A stretch of DNA of 64,000 bases from Nanohaloarchaea archaeon B1-Br10_U2g1 (GTDB lineage: Archaea > Nanohalarchaeota > Nanosalinia > Nanosalinales > Nanosalinaceae): NCBI GenBank assembly GCA_001563875.1, contig LKMN01000002.1:1-64000 (forward strand). The letters run 5' to 3'. Shown here in pieces: positions 38,620 to 47,612 of the stretch. The translations under genes and the position numbers were made by a program. A model generated the notes under the pieces. That model was not told the origin of the DNA and did not search any database. It saw nothing but the letters and a program-made list of their open reading frames with translations. How positions within the stretch are numbered: position 1 is the first letter of the stretch; each line of letters starts with the position of its first letter.

Positions 38620-39643
38620 ACTCCTCAAAGCTTTGAGCCAGTATCTCTTTAGCCTCAGTCATCTCCTCCTCTGAGAAAGCGTTCAAAGCCGGAACCCCTA
38701 CATAATCTTCTACAGTATCTTTCCCAACGGTCGTATCAGTAATCGGTCCTGACATAAACGAGAGCTCGTAATCCAGATCAGTTAAAACCTTTTTTAGGCC
38801 GTATGCTCCCATAACATCTAAGCTTACACCACAAATACTGAATATTGAGTTCTTTACATCTAGATCTCTTAGAACTTCTTGGACATGGTAGTTACTGATC
38901 AGCCCTGCACCAAACTCTATAACTATGAAGTCAAGATCTTCGTTCCAAGCATGGTTGATCAAGCCTTTAGCAGAGGATATAACTATCTCAGGATCATCTA
39001 CAGTTGAAGGCAGTCCTGCATCAACAAAATCCAGTGATATCTCTGAACCGGATTCAAACATGCTTACTCGGTCTCTTTCTCTTGCGGAACCAGTAAGTTT
39101 CAAGGAACCAACTTCATACTCCTCTGAAAGGTTTTCAATTATCTTCGTAGCCAGTGTTGTCTTTCCTGCATCCATCCTGGTCGAGACAACGCCCACCAGT
39201 CTTGGCTCTCCTTCAATCTCTTCAACTCTTTCAATACCATAATCTTTCATGTTCAAGATCTTTTCGTCCTGTGAGACGTATCCAAGAAACTCTGCCTCAC
39301 ATGGCTCTCCTAAATTCTTTGCAGCGCTTAAACAGTCTCCGAAAACGCCTCCCGAGCCTATGAAATCTATTCGATCGCCTTCACTGACTTCATCAGGCAC
39401 TTCTCCAATATATCCTTTGACTCCTGCCCGGTTTCCAAACGTTCCAAGGACTATATCTCCCTCTTCAATCTCTACGAGCTCTCCTCCAGGGAGATCCAGT
39501 TCGTTGTAGTCGCCTTTTTTCTCTGTTATCTTTACTGCTACAACATCCCCTACCTGAGGTCTATGTCCGCTTTCAACTATCTCTGAACTATCTGTTATCT
39601 CTATCCTTTTCAGGCACGAGGCCTTGTAATCATGTCTAACCAT
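38594..39643 (-). CDS. DUF1611-like P-loop NTPase
   Basis: N-terminal beta domain (GDVVAV, GNR), Walker A STRMDAGKTT, KLTG, DFVDAGLPST, VIEFGAG. Confidence 0.65.
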   Translation of the reverse strand: MVRHDYKASCLKRIEITDSSEIVESGHRPQVGDVVAVKITEKKGDYNELDLPGGELVEIEEGDIVLGTFGNRAGVKGYIGEVPDEVSEGDRIDFIGSGGVFGDCLSAAKNLGEPCEAEFLGYVSQDEKILNMKDYGIERVEEIEGEPRLVGVVSTRMDAGKTTLATKIIENLSEEYEVGSLKLTGSARERDRVSMFESGSEISLDFVDAGLPSTVDDPEIVISSAKGLINHAWNEDLDFIVIEFGAGLISNYHVQEVLRDLDVKNSIFSICGVSLDVMGAYGLKKVLTDLDYELSFMSGPITDTTVGKDTVEDYVGVPALNAFSEEEMTEAKEILAQSFEEFTAPRPSF

Positions 39644-39706
39644 AAGTTTTGGAGTGACGTGGAGTTTATTTAATACTTCTTGAAGCTTGAGCTTTAACAG
39701 TACGTT

Positions 39707-40093
39707 ATGACTAAGGAAATAATACTTGACACCAACTTTTTGGTAGCTCCTTTCCAGCTATCGATCAGTCTTTTTGAGGATATAGAGGAGCTGTATCCTT
39801 TTGCAGAGATATACACTATAGACGACGCTGTTGAAGAGTCCAAAAGCATTAAGTCAGGTAAATACGGCGACTTAGTGGAAAAGCTTATTGATACACAAGG
39901 AATCAAAGTCTTGGAGACCGAAGGAGAAGGCAGTGTCGATGATCTTCTTGTAAAGCTTTCTGACGAATACATTGTGGCTACTAACGACAAAGAGCTGAAA
40001 CAGAGAGTACTGGACAGAAACAATCCTGTGATGATCATAAGGTCAAGAAGCCATCTAGAAGTTGTTAAAGGCCGAGAGCACGACCTCGGCTAA
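39707..40093 (+). CDS. PIN-domain protein (Fcf1/Utp24-like)
   Basis: ILDTNFL, VDDLL, VATNDKEL; conserved position upstream of rpoE. Confidence 0.9.
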   Translation: MTKEIILDTNFLVAPFQLSISLFEDIEELYPFAEIYTIDDAVEESKSIKSGKYGDLVEKLIDTQGIKVLETEGEGSVDDLLVKLSDEYIVATNDKELKQRVLDRNNPVMIIRSRSHLEVVKGREHDLG

Positions 40094-40171
40094 ACCCTTC
40101 TCCAGACTATAAAAACAAACACAATTTAAAACTTGCGAAGAATCCTGTAATTAGTTCTAGGTCGAGAAAAT

Positions 40172-40744
40172 ATGTACAAAAGGCTGACAATAGAAGACAA
40201 GGTCCGGGTGCCGCCTCAGCACTTCGGTGAAGATGTAGAGGACAGCGTTAAAGCAGGACTCGAATCAGAAGTAGAGGGAACAATAAACTCTGAGATAGGA
40301 GTAGTAATAGCTGTAGAAAAAGTTAACAGTATCGAAGGAGGCGATATAGAGCCGGAAGATGCAGGAGTACACTACGATGTAGAGTACGAAGCTATAGTAT
40401 ACGAACCAGAGCTACACGAAGTCGTAAACGGAGAGGTAGTCGATATAACAGAGTTCGGAGCATTCGTAAGAATCGGTCCTTTCGACGGTCTATGCCACGT
40501 CAGCCAGGTAATGGACGACTACGTTAACTACGATGAAGAGAACGCAATGCTTGTATCCGACGAAGAACAGTTCACACTGGAAATCGGGGACGTACTCACA
40601 ACAAGAATAATCGCGGTCTCACTCGACAAACAGGATACCAACAAAGTAAACCTGACAATGAGACAGCCAGGTCTAGGAAAACAGGAATGGATTGAAAAAT
40701 ACGAAGAAGAACAAGAAGAAGCCGAAGAGGCAGAAACTGAATAA
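40172..40744 (+). CDS. rpoE1: RNA polymerase subunit E' (Rpo7)
   Basis: VRVPP, S1 domain GEVVDITEFGAFVRIGPFDGLCHVSQ, LTMRQPGLGK. Confidence 0.97.
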   Translation: MYKRLTIEDKVRVPPQHFGEDVEDSVKAGLESEVEGTINSEIGVVIAVEKVNSIEGGDIEPEDAGVHYDVEYEAIVYEPELHEVVNGEVVDITEFGAFVRIGPFDGLCHVSQVMDDYVNYDEENAMLVSDEEQFTLEIGDVLTTRIIAVSLDKQDTNKVNLTMRQPGLGKQEWIEKYEEEQEEAEEAETE

Positions 40745-40757
40745 GGTGAAAATTTGA

Positions 40758-40946
40758 ATGGCCGAAAAAGCGTGTAAGGAATGTAACAGAATTGTAGAGG
40801 ACTCTGACGAGTGCCCTGTATGTAAGAACAACGATCTTTCAACATCTTGGAGCGGGCTAGTAGTTATTTACGACTCTGAAGACTCTGAGATAGCTGAAAA
40901 ACTGGAGATTAAAACACCTGGAAAATACGCTATAAGAACGAGGTAA
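40758..40946 (+). CDS. spt4: Transcription elongation factor Spt4 (RpoE'')
   Basis: ACKECNR...CPVC, WSGLVVI, SEIA, PGKYAI. Confidence 0.95.
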   Translation: MAEKACKECNRIVEDSDECPVCKNNDLSTSWSGLVVIYDSEDSEIAEKLEIKTPGKYAIRTR

Positions 40947-40953
40947 AAATATT

Positions 40954-41391
40954 ATGGAAACTGAAATTGTATCTGTAAGAGAGAACCCTCTATTAGAGAG
41001 GAGAAAAGTAAAACTAAAAGTCAGTCACGATGGAGAACCAACACCAAGCGAAGAGGATATCGTTGACCGACTGGCAGCAGAACAAGATCTTGGAGCCGAT
41101 GAAATCGAAGTTCTAAGCATCTACACAGGTTACGGAAGTAACACATCGGAAGCAACTCTAAACGTTTACGAAGAGTTCGAGTACGATGAAGAAGTCGAGA
41201 AAGATCCTGCAGAAGAACAAGGAGAAGAAGTAGAAGTAACAGCAGAATACGAAGAAATCGTCTCAGGAACCATTACAGAAGCTAAAGAAGCACTAGGAGA
41301 GATGGAAAGCCCTGACTACAAGGCAGCTATTGAAGCAGAAAAAGCTAACAAAAACCGTACAACCTTAATCGATTGGCTTGAAAGCCAGTAG
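40954..41391 (+). CDS. rps24e: 30S ribosomal protein S24e with C-terminal extra domain
   Basis: ENPLLERR, TPS, TGYG core, followed by an acidic linker and a roughly 45 aa helical domain. Confidence 0.9.
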   Translation: METEIVSVRENPLLERRKVKLKVSHDGEPTPSEEDIVDRLAAEQDLGADEIEVLSIYTGYGSNTSEATLNVYEEFEYDEEVEKDPAEEQGEEVEVTAEYEEIVSGTITEAKEALGEMESPDYKAAIEAEKANKNRTTLIDWLESQ

Positions 41392-41400
41392 GTGAATAAT

Positions 41401-41550
41401 ATGGCTAAACATGAGAAGGTTTCTCGACACGAGAAGTACAGTGAAGATGGAAGCTATGAAGGAGAAAAATGCCCAAGATGCAGCTCCTTCCTAGCCGAAC
41501 ACGAAGACCGTAAAAGCTGCGGTAAATGCGGATACACAAAACACGAATAA
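41401..41550 (+). CDS. rps27ae: 30S ribosomal protein S27ae (eS31); absent from the ORF track
   Basis: Manual translation [49 protein letters not shown]; GGTGA upstream; canonical position after rps24e. Confidence 0.95.
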   Translation: MAKHEKVSRHEKYSEDGSYEGEKCPRCSSFLAEHEDRKSCGKCGYTKHE

Positions 41551-41592
41551 CCTTCGTGTTTAAACTTTTCACTATTTAACTGTATTTCTATA

Positions 41593-42591
41593 ATGATAGT
41601 CCTTGGAATTGAGTCTACAGCCCATACTTTAGGGATTGGTATAGTCAGAGAGGAAAAAGTAGGAGTTAATAAGAAATGGGACTGTCTTGCCAGCCAGAAA
41701 TCAATGTTTGAACCAGACCAAGGAGGCATACATCCTAGGAAGGCTGCGGAACACCATTATCAACATGCTTTGGAGCTTCTTAACAATGCCGAACAGGAAG
41801 CTGGTATAGATATCTCTGAGGTTGACGGAATAGCGTTCTCACAAGGACCTGGTATCCCTCAGTGTCTTGATACGGGAGCTGTAATCGCGAGAAGTTTAGC
41901 AGAAAAACACGGTATCCCTCTTATAGGTGTGAACCACTGTCTCTCACACATTTCTATAGGTACTAGGACTACGAAAGCGGACAACCCGACAACCCTGTAC
42001 GTATCCGGAGGGAACAGCCAGATAATAGACTACCGTAAAGGCCGGTACCGAGTAATAGGAGAGACACAAGACATTGCATTAGGAAATGCATTGGACAAGC
42101 TAGCTAGAACAATGGGATATCCTCATCCTGGAGGACCAGAGATTGAAAGACTCGCAGAACAGACAGATGAAATCGTGGAGCTTTCATATCCCGTTAAAGG
42201 TATGGACTTTTCATTCTCGGGTATAGTGACAGAGACACAGAGAACGGTTGGAGACCTAGAGGACCAGGTTTTAGCAAACAGCTTCCAAGAGCACGCATAC
42301 GCCGTAGTGGTTGAGGCTCTTGAGAGAGCGATGAGTCAAGAAGACTCAGAAGAAGCACTACTGACAGGAGGGGTAGCTATGAACTCCCGGTTAAGAGAAA
42401 TGGTGAGAACAATGTGCGAACAACGAGGAGCTAAAGCTTACTTCCCACCTAAAGAGTACTGTATGGACAATGGAGTCATGATAGCGGAACAAGGACTTCT
42501 AGAACTTAAGGCCGGAAGTAAAACAAGGATAGAAGAGTCTACAAAGAAGCCTAACTGGAGACCTGACGAGGTAGAAGTAGAATGGATCTAG
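41593..42591 (+). CDS. kae1: tRNA t6A threonylcarbamoyltransferase Kae1 (KEOPS)
   Basis: LGIESTAH, GGIHP, SQGPG, VNHCLSH, YVSGGN, GETQDIALGN, GGVA, CMDNG. Confidence 0.97.
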   Translation: MIVLGIESTAHTLGIGIVREEKVGVNKKWDCLASQKSMFEPDQGGIHPRKAAEHHYQHALELLNNAEQEAGIDISEVDGIAFSQGPGIPQCLDTGAVIARSLAEKHGIPLIGVNHCLSHISIGTRTTKADNPTTLYVSGGNSQIIDYRKGRYRVIGETQDIALGNALDKLARTMGYPHPGGPEIERLAEQTDEIVELSYPVKGMDFSFSGIVTETQRTVGDLEDQVLANSFQEHAYAVVVEALERAMSQEDSEEALLTGGVAMNSRLREMVRTMCEQRGAKAYFPPKEYCMDNGVMIAEQGLLELKAGSKTRIEESTKKPNWRPDEVEVEWI

Positions 42592-43184
42592 ATAAAGCAA
42601 AAAAAGTGATTCAAGAAGGCGGAATAGTAATTTATCCGACAGAGACAGCTTACGGCATAGCTGCAGATGCAATGAACTCGGAAGCTGTACGAAAAGTTTT
42701 TGAGGCGAAAAATCGCCCGAGAGACAAAGGATTAACTGTAATAGTAGACAGCTTAGAGACCGCTGAGAGGTATTCAGAGCTTTCAGAAAAGGAGAGAAAC
42801 ATTGTGAAAGAGTTTATGCCCGGTCCTTTAACACTTGTTACAGAGAAAAAAGATTCTGTACCCGATGTTCTAAACGAGAAATTTGTTTTCCGTATATCTT
42901 CCAGTCCTATAGCAAGAAAACTTGCTGAAAACGGACCTATAACCGCTACAAGCGCCAATATTTCTGGAGAAGATACAAGTTATTCTGTTGGAGATATCTC
43001 TGAAGAATTAAAAACAAGTGCAGACTACGTTATAGATACAGGGCTCTTAGAGCAGAAACCTACGTCTACCATAGTAGAGATACAGGTAGAAGAAATTAAG
43101 ATACATCGTAAAGGCCCTATAAGCAAGGAACAAATTGCAGACGTGTTAAAGAATGACAGCAGGGATAACGGCATTAGTAACTGA
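42582..43184 (+). CDS. sua5: Threonylcarbamoyl-AMP synthase (TsaC/Sua5, short YrdC-only form)
   Basis: YPTETAYGI, AKNRP, PGPLT, TATSANISG, STIV. Confidence 0.93.
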   Translation: MDLDKAKKVIQEGGIVIYPTETAYGIAADAMNSEAVRKVFEAKNRPRDKGLTVIVDSLETAERYSELSEKERNIVKEFMPGPLTLVTEKKDSVPDVLNEKFVFRISSSPIARKLAENGPITATSANISGEDTSYSVGDISEELKTSADYVIDTGLLEQKPTSTIVEIQVEEIKIHRKGPISKEQIADVLKNDSRDNGISN

Positions 43185-44850
43185 TTTTGCACTTCTAATA
43201 GCGACAGCAACTTTGCTAGGCATATTTGCTAAAAAGACGAAACAACCTACTATAATCGCCTATATTCTGACCGGTCTGGTTTTGGGACCTGTAGTCTTCG
43301 GAGTAGTAGGAGAATCAGAACTAACCTATCTTATGTCTGAACTTGGTTTGGGGCTCTTACTCTTCTTACTGGGAATTGAGATGAACTTGAAGGAAATAAA
43401 AGATATTTTACGCCCTGTAACCAGTATTGCAATATGGCAAACTGTTTTACAAACCTCTCTAGCCTTCATAATACCTTTATTTTTAGGCTTCACAATTATG
43501 GAAACTATAATCATTGCTCTATGTACTGTTTTCGGAGCTACTCCCGTAATTGTCAAATTGTTAACAGATAAAGACGAAATAACTAGTTTACCAGGAAAAA
43601 TCGATGTCGGAGTGCTGATACTTCAAGATATCTACTTAGTGATTATATTAGCTCTGCTTGCGGCAGACATATTCTCGAACCCCGATCTTGCAGGCATTGG
43701 ACTTACATTAGGAAAAATTTTCCTTCTAATGGGCATGATAACTGTGCTAAGTCTTGCATCTTCAAAATACATCCTGCCCGGATTATTCCGGATATCTGCA
43801 TCGAATAAACACACATTATTCATTCACGGAATTACATGGGCTTTCCTTTTCATATCTCTGGCCTTAGCACTGGATCTATCTGTAGAGGTAGGCGCGTTCT
43901 TAGCAGGGCTAGGCCTGGGACAGATACCTTATAGAGAGGAGCTTAAGGAACGTGTAAGGCCCTTAACCGACTTCTTCATGGTGATATTTTTCTCAAGTAT
44001 AGCGCTGACTATAAACCGAGATAATCTTTTCGCTTACTGGCAAGAAGCCATAGTAGCATCTATAATCCTCATGGTTGGTAATTTCCTAATAATGTTCTAT
44101 CTTATTGATAGGCAGCATTTTACACCAAAAACCAGCTTTTTAGGAAGCTTGAACATGACACAGGTTTCCGAGTTCTCATTAGTTGTAGGAGCCTTAGCGG
44201 TTAGTCAAGACTATGTTGGTAACGATATACTAGGCTACCTGTCACTTATGGCTTTACTGACTATGTCTACATCATCTTACTTAATCCAGTATAACCAGGA
44301 GATTTACCAGAAAGCTGCGCCTTATCTGAAGAGGTTTGAAGCCGAACATAAGAAAGATGTAGAGCTCAGAACACTGGATAACCACATAGTTATCGTAGGA
44401 TACAACCAGATTTCTAAACAGGTAATTTCTATACTAAAAGAATCTGATAAAGATATAGTGGTAGTTGACAGAAACAGCGATAATACGGCGCAACTAGAGT
44501 CTAGAGACGATATAGACTACATATACGGCGATATACAGCACAGCGAGATAAGAAAGACTGCAGGAGTGAAAAGAGCAGACCTTGTATTTTCTCTAAGTCC
44601 TGAGTACGAGATAAACAAGAAGATCGCTATTGAAAGCCCTGATGCAGCTCTATTTGTTAAAGCCAGAAGATTTGAAGAGGCGGCAGAACTTTACGAAGCC
44701 GGAGCACATTATGTACTACTGAAATCGGAAATCGCATCAGATCAGATAGTCGAATATCTAGAAGCTTACCTAGAGGACAAGTCTCTCTTCCTAGAAATGA
44801 CAGAAACCGATAAAGAACGAATAAGGTGGAGTGAAAAAGAAAAATGGTAG
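43153..44850 (+). CDS. CPA2 cation/H+ antiporter with RCK domain (Kef-type)
   Basis: AYILTG, ELGLGLLLFLLG, ILQD, GAFLAG, QVSEFS, C-terminal HIVIVGY RCK domain. Confidence 0.9.
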   Translation: MTAGITALVTDFALLIATATLLGIFAKKTKQPTIIAYILTGLVLGPVVFGVVGESELTYLMSELGLGLLLFLLGIEMNLKEIKDILRPVTSIAIWQTVLQTSLAFIIPLFLGFTIMETIIIALCTVFGATPVIVKLLTDKDEITSLPGKIDVGVLILQDIYLVIILALLAADIFSNPDLAGIGLTLGKIFLLMGMITVLSLASSKYILPGLFRISASNKHTLFIHGITWAFLFISLALALDLSVEVGAFLAGLGLGQIPYREELKERVRPLTDFFMVIFFSSIALTINRDNLFAYWQEAIVASIILMVGNFLIMFYLIDRQHFTPKTSFLGSLNMTQVSEFSLVVGALAVSQDYVGNDILGYLSLMALLTMSTSSYLIQYNQEIYQKAAPYLKRFEAEHKKDVELRTLDNHIVIVGYNQISKQVISILKESDKDIVVVDRNSDNTAQLESRDDIDYIYGDIQHSEIRKTAGVKRADLVFSLSPEYEINKKIAIESPDAALFVKARRFEEAAELYEAGAHYVLLKSEIASDQIVEYLEAYLEDKSLFLEMTETDKERIRWSEKEKW

Positions 44851-46493
44851 ATATTATCAACACACTCACACTAATATTTGTAGCGTCATCCTTAACACTG
44901 TTTATAGCTAAAAGAACAGGTCATCCCGCAATACCTGCCTATATAATAGCAGGCATAATGTCTGGATACTTCATAACAGAACAAGAACAGCTTTTTACTC
45001 TTGTTCAGCTCGGCATAGCGTTTTTAGTATTCTTATTCGGGTTAAAGTTCGACCCTGAGAAGATTAGAGACGTTGCTGTAGACTCTCATATAGCCGTGCT
45101 AATCCAAGTTGTAGTAATAGGGCTTGTAGGGCTTCTGTCCGGTCTTATAATGGGTTTAGATATTTTCCACGCAACCATTTTTGCTCTAGCAGCAGCTTTA
45201 AGCTCAAGCTTAGTCGGAATAGAGCTCTTAGAGAAGGAAATTGACTTTAAACTCATACATGGCCGACTAACAGAATCTATGAATTTAGTCCAGGATTTGA
45301 TTGCTATTCTTGCAATAATAATCCTTAGTAGCACGGCCTTCGATGTATCAACAGTATCAACAACCCTGTTTTATGGCGCAAGTATTCTACTGGCCGGATT
45401 CTTGGTTCGAAGATACTTAATGGAATTTATTGCTAGCCAGGCAGAGAGTTCAAACGAGCTTCTAATGTTGATAAGCATAACTATATTAACCGGTTTCATA
45501 GCGGTTTCAGAATATTTAGGACTTTCTATGATCGTAGGAAGCTTTGCAGCCGGTGTAGCGGTAGCCAGATATCCTTATAACTTAGAGATTCTTGATGCTA
45601 TTTCTAGTTTAAAAGACTTTTTCTCAGCAATATTCTTTGTAACTCTGGGCGCATTATTGACGCTCCCTAATCTAAACGTGCTATTCTTGACCCTGCTCCT
45701 AGTTTTTCTAACAATCTTTATCCAGCCTTACCTAACCTCAGTGATACTTACTTATCTAGGATACGACTCACGTACAAGTTTTGCTACAGCAACAAGTACT
45801 GACCAAATCAGCGAGCTAGTGCTTATACTTGTTATACAACTCTATCTCGTAGGAAGCATTATCAGCGAACTTTACCAGGCAGTAATACTGGCGGCAACTA
45901 TCACAATGGTAACCTCAAGCTATACTACTCAGCACGAACAAGAGCTTTTCACAAGATTGAAAAAATACAACTTCCCGCTCACCGACACCTCTAGCCAGAA
46001 AATCAGTATAAAGGAGAGACTTGAAGACCACACAATTCTTTTAGGATACGACATACAAGGGAAGAAAATAGCTAGACTTCTAGATAAAGAGGACGAGCCC
46101 TTCATAATTTTAGAGAACGATCCAGAAAAAATCGATGAAATCAAGAAGAAAAAGTACAACTACATTTATGGAAACGCCTTCCAAGAAGAGATATGGACCC
46201 AAGCAGAGTACGAGAGAGCCAAACTAATTATCTCCACACCTCCATTCAGCAAAGTGTCTCAAAAAGTTGCCGAGCTTGAAACAGATGCGGATAAGATATT
46301 AACCGAGCAAGAGCTAGATAAGGCACGGGAGCTGCTACAGAAGAAAGATGTTATATATGTAAACGTTCCCGAGGTTGCTGCTGTAGACCAGATAACAGAA
46401 CACTTGATCGGTACATTAAACGATGTAAACTACAAAGAAAAACTGAGGAGGAAGTACATGTTAGACATAAGAAACTATCTAGAGTCAAACTAG
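44844..46493 (+). CDS. Second CPA2 cation/H+ antiporter with RCK domain
   Basis: AYIIAG, LSSS, LVQD, GSFAAG, KDFFSAIFF, QISE, HTILLGY. Confidence 0.9.
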   Translation: MVDIINTLTLIFVASSLTLFIAKRTGHPAIPAYIIAGIMSGYFITEQEQLFTLVQLGIAFLVFLFGLKFDPEKIRDVAVDSHIAVLIQVVVIGLVGLLSGLIMGLDIFHATIFALAAALSSSLVGIELLEKEIDFKLIHGRLTESMNLVQDLIAILAIIILSSTAFDVSTVSTTLFYGASILLAGFLVRRYLMEFIASQAESSNELLMLISITILTGFIAVSEYLGLSMIVGSFAAGVAVARYPYNLEILDAISSLKDFFSAIFFVTLGALLTLPNLNVLFLTLLLVFLTIFIQPYLTSVILTYLGYDSRTSFATATSTDQISELVLILVIQLYLVGSIISELYQAVILAATITMVTSSYTTQHEQELFTRLKKYNFPLTDTSSQKISIKERLEDHTILLGYDIQGKKIARLLDKEDEPFIILENDPEKIDEIKKKKYNYIYGNAFQEEIWTQAEYERAKLIISTPPFSKVSQKVAELETDADKILTEQELDKARELLQKKDVIYVNVPEVAAVDQITEHLIGTLNDVNYKEKLRRKYMLDIRNYLESN

Positions 46494-46501
46494 GTGTAGA
46501 G

Positions 46502-47077
46502 ATGATCGAATTAAAGGGTGCAGAAGCTACAATAGAGATTAGAGAAGACCGAGTTGTTAAGACCCGTCTACCGAAAAAATACCGTCACCCTGATATAGAT
46601 AGCGAGATAAGAAGGGAGAGAACCAGTTCTGAGAAAAGAATTATCGACCACGCCATCAAACACGGGGTTAATGCACCGGAGACAGAGAAAACCGGGGAAA
46701 ACGTGCTTGAAATGCAGAAAATCTCAGGCAACACGTTAAGAGATATTTTGGAAGAAAAAGCTGGAAAAGCGGAAGAACTCGGTAAAAACGTTGCCTACCT
46801 TCATTCAGCAGATATTATACACGGCGACCTGACCACCAGCAACGTCTTAGTAAACGAAGACGTCTACCTGATAGATTTCGGTCTCTCGTTCAGATCTGAC
46901 AGGGTTGAAGATAAAGCTGTAGATATACATCTCCTCAAACAGGTTTTGAACAGCTCACATCCTGAAAAGGCAGAAACTGTTTGGCGCCACTTTTTAGACG
47001 GCTACAGTAGTTATGAGGAATACGAAGAAGTTATGAGTCAGCTCAGTGAAGTTGAAAAACGAGGCCGTTACAAGTAG
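46502..47077 (+). CDS. bud32: KEOPS kinase Bud32
   Basis: GAEA, KTRLPKKYRHP, IIHGDLTTSN, IDFGLS, EDKAVD, KRGRY. Confidence 0.96.
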   Translation: MIELKGAEATIEIREDRVVKTRLPKKYRHPDIDSEIRRERTSSEKRIIDHAIKHGVNAPETEKTGENVLEMQKISGNTLRDILEEKAGKAEELGKNVAYLHSADIIHGDLTTSNVLVNEDVYLIDFGLSFRSDRVEDKAVDIHLLKQVLNSSHPEKAETVWRHFLDGYSSYEEYEEVMSQLSEVEKRGRYK

Positions 47078-47167
47078 TCTGTTGATTTAAAAGATTTCGT
47101 CTCGTACCTGTATCTTAGACCGGTGAGGTCGACAAGGCTTGAACCGGATCAGTAGGTGAATCAAACA

Positions 47168-47602
47168 ATGGCAAAAATGCATTCTGACGGACGAGGAAGT
47201 TCTGGATCAGCTAAACCTGTAAACAAGAAGACTCCTAGATGGGTTGACTACGATGAAGATGAAGTAGTTGATCTCGTCGTGAAACTTAGAAGAGACGACA
47301 ACGATCCTTCTCAGATAGGTTTGAAACTTAGAGACCAGTACGGAATCCCTAGCGTAAAACAGATAACAGACAAAACAGTTACAGAAATTCTGGAAGAAGA
47401 AGGACTGGAACTTAACGTTCCAGAAGATCTTTCCAATCTAGTGGAGAAAGCAGAGTCAATTCAAGAACATCTTGAAGAGAATCCTAAAGACAGAGACGCA
47501 GAAAGAAGTCTGGAGCTGACAGAAGCAAGGATTCGAAGGCTTGCACAGTACCACAGAGATGAAGGGAACATTCCTGAAAACTGGAAGTACAGCCGAGAGT
47601 AA
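47168..47602 (+). CDS. rps15: 30S ribosomal protein S15 (uS15/S13e)
   Basis: MAKMHSDGRGSSGS, SQIGLKLRDQYGIP, PEDL, HLEENPKD. ATG 47168 follows GGTGA. Confidence 0.96.
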   Translation: MAKMHSDGRGSSGSAKPVNKKTPRWVDYDEDEVVDLVVKLRRDDNDPSQIGLKLRDQYGIPSVKQITDKTVTEILEEEGLELNVPEDLSNLVEKAESIQEHLEENPKDRDAERSLELTEARIRRLAQYHRDEGNIPENWKYSRE

Positions 47603-47612
47603 GACCTCTCTT

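Noticed and set aside
41454-41729. Minus-strand 91 aa ORF between rps24e and kae1
   Set aside because: It overlaps the real plus-strand rps27ae and kae1 genes.
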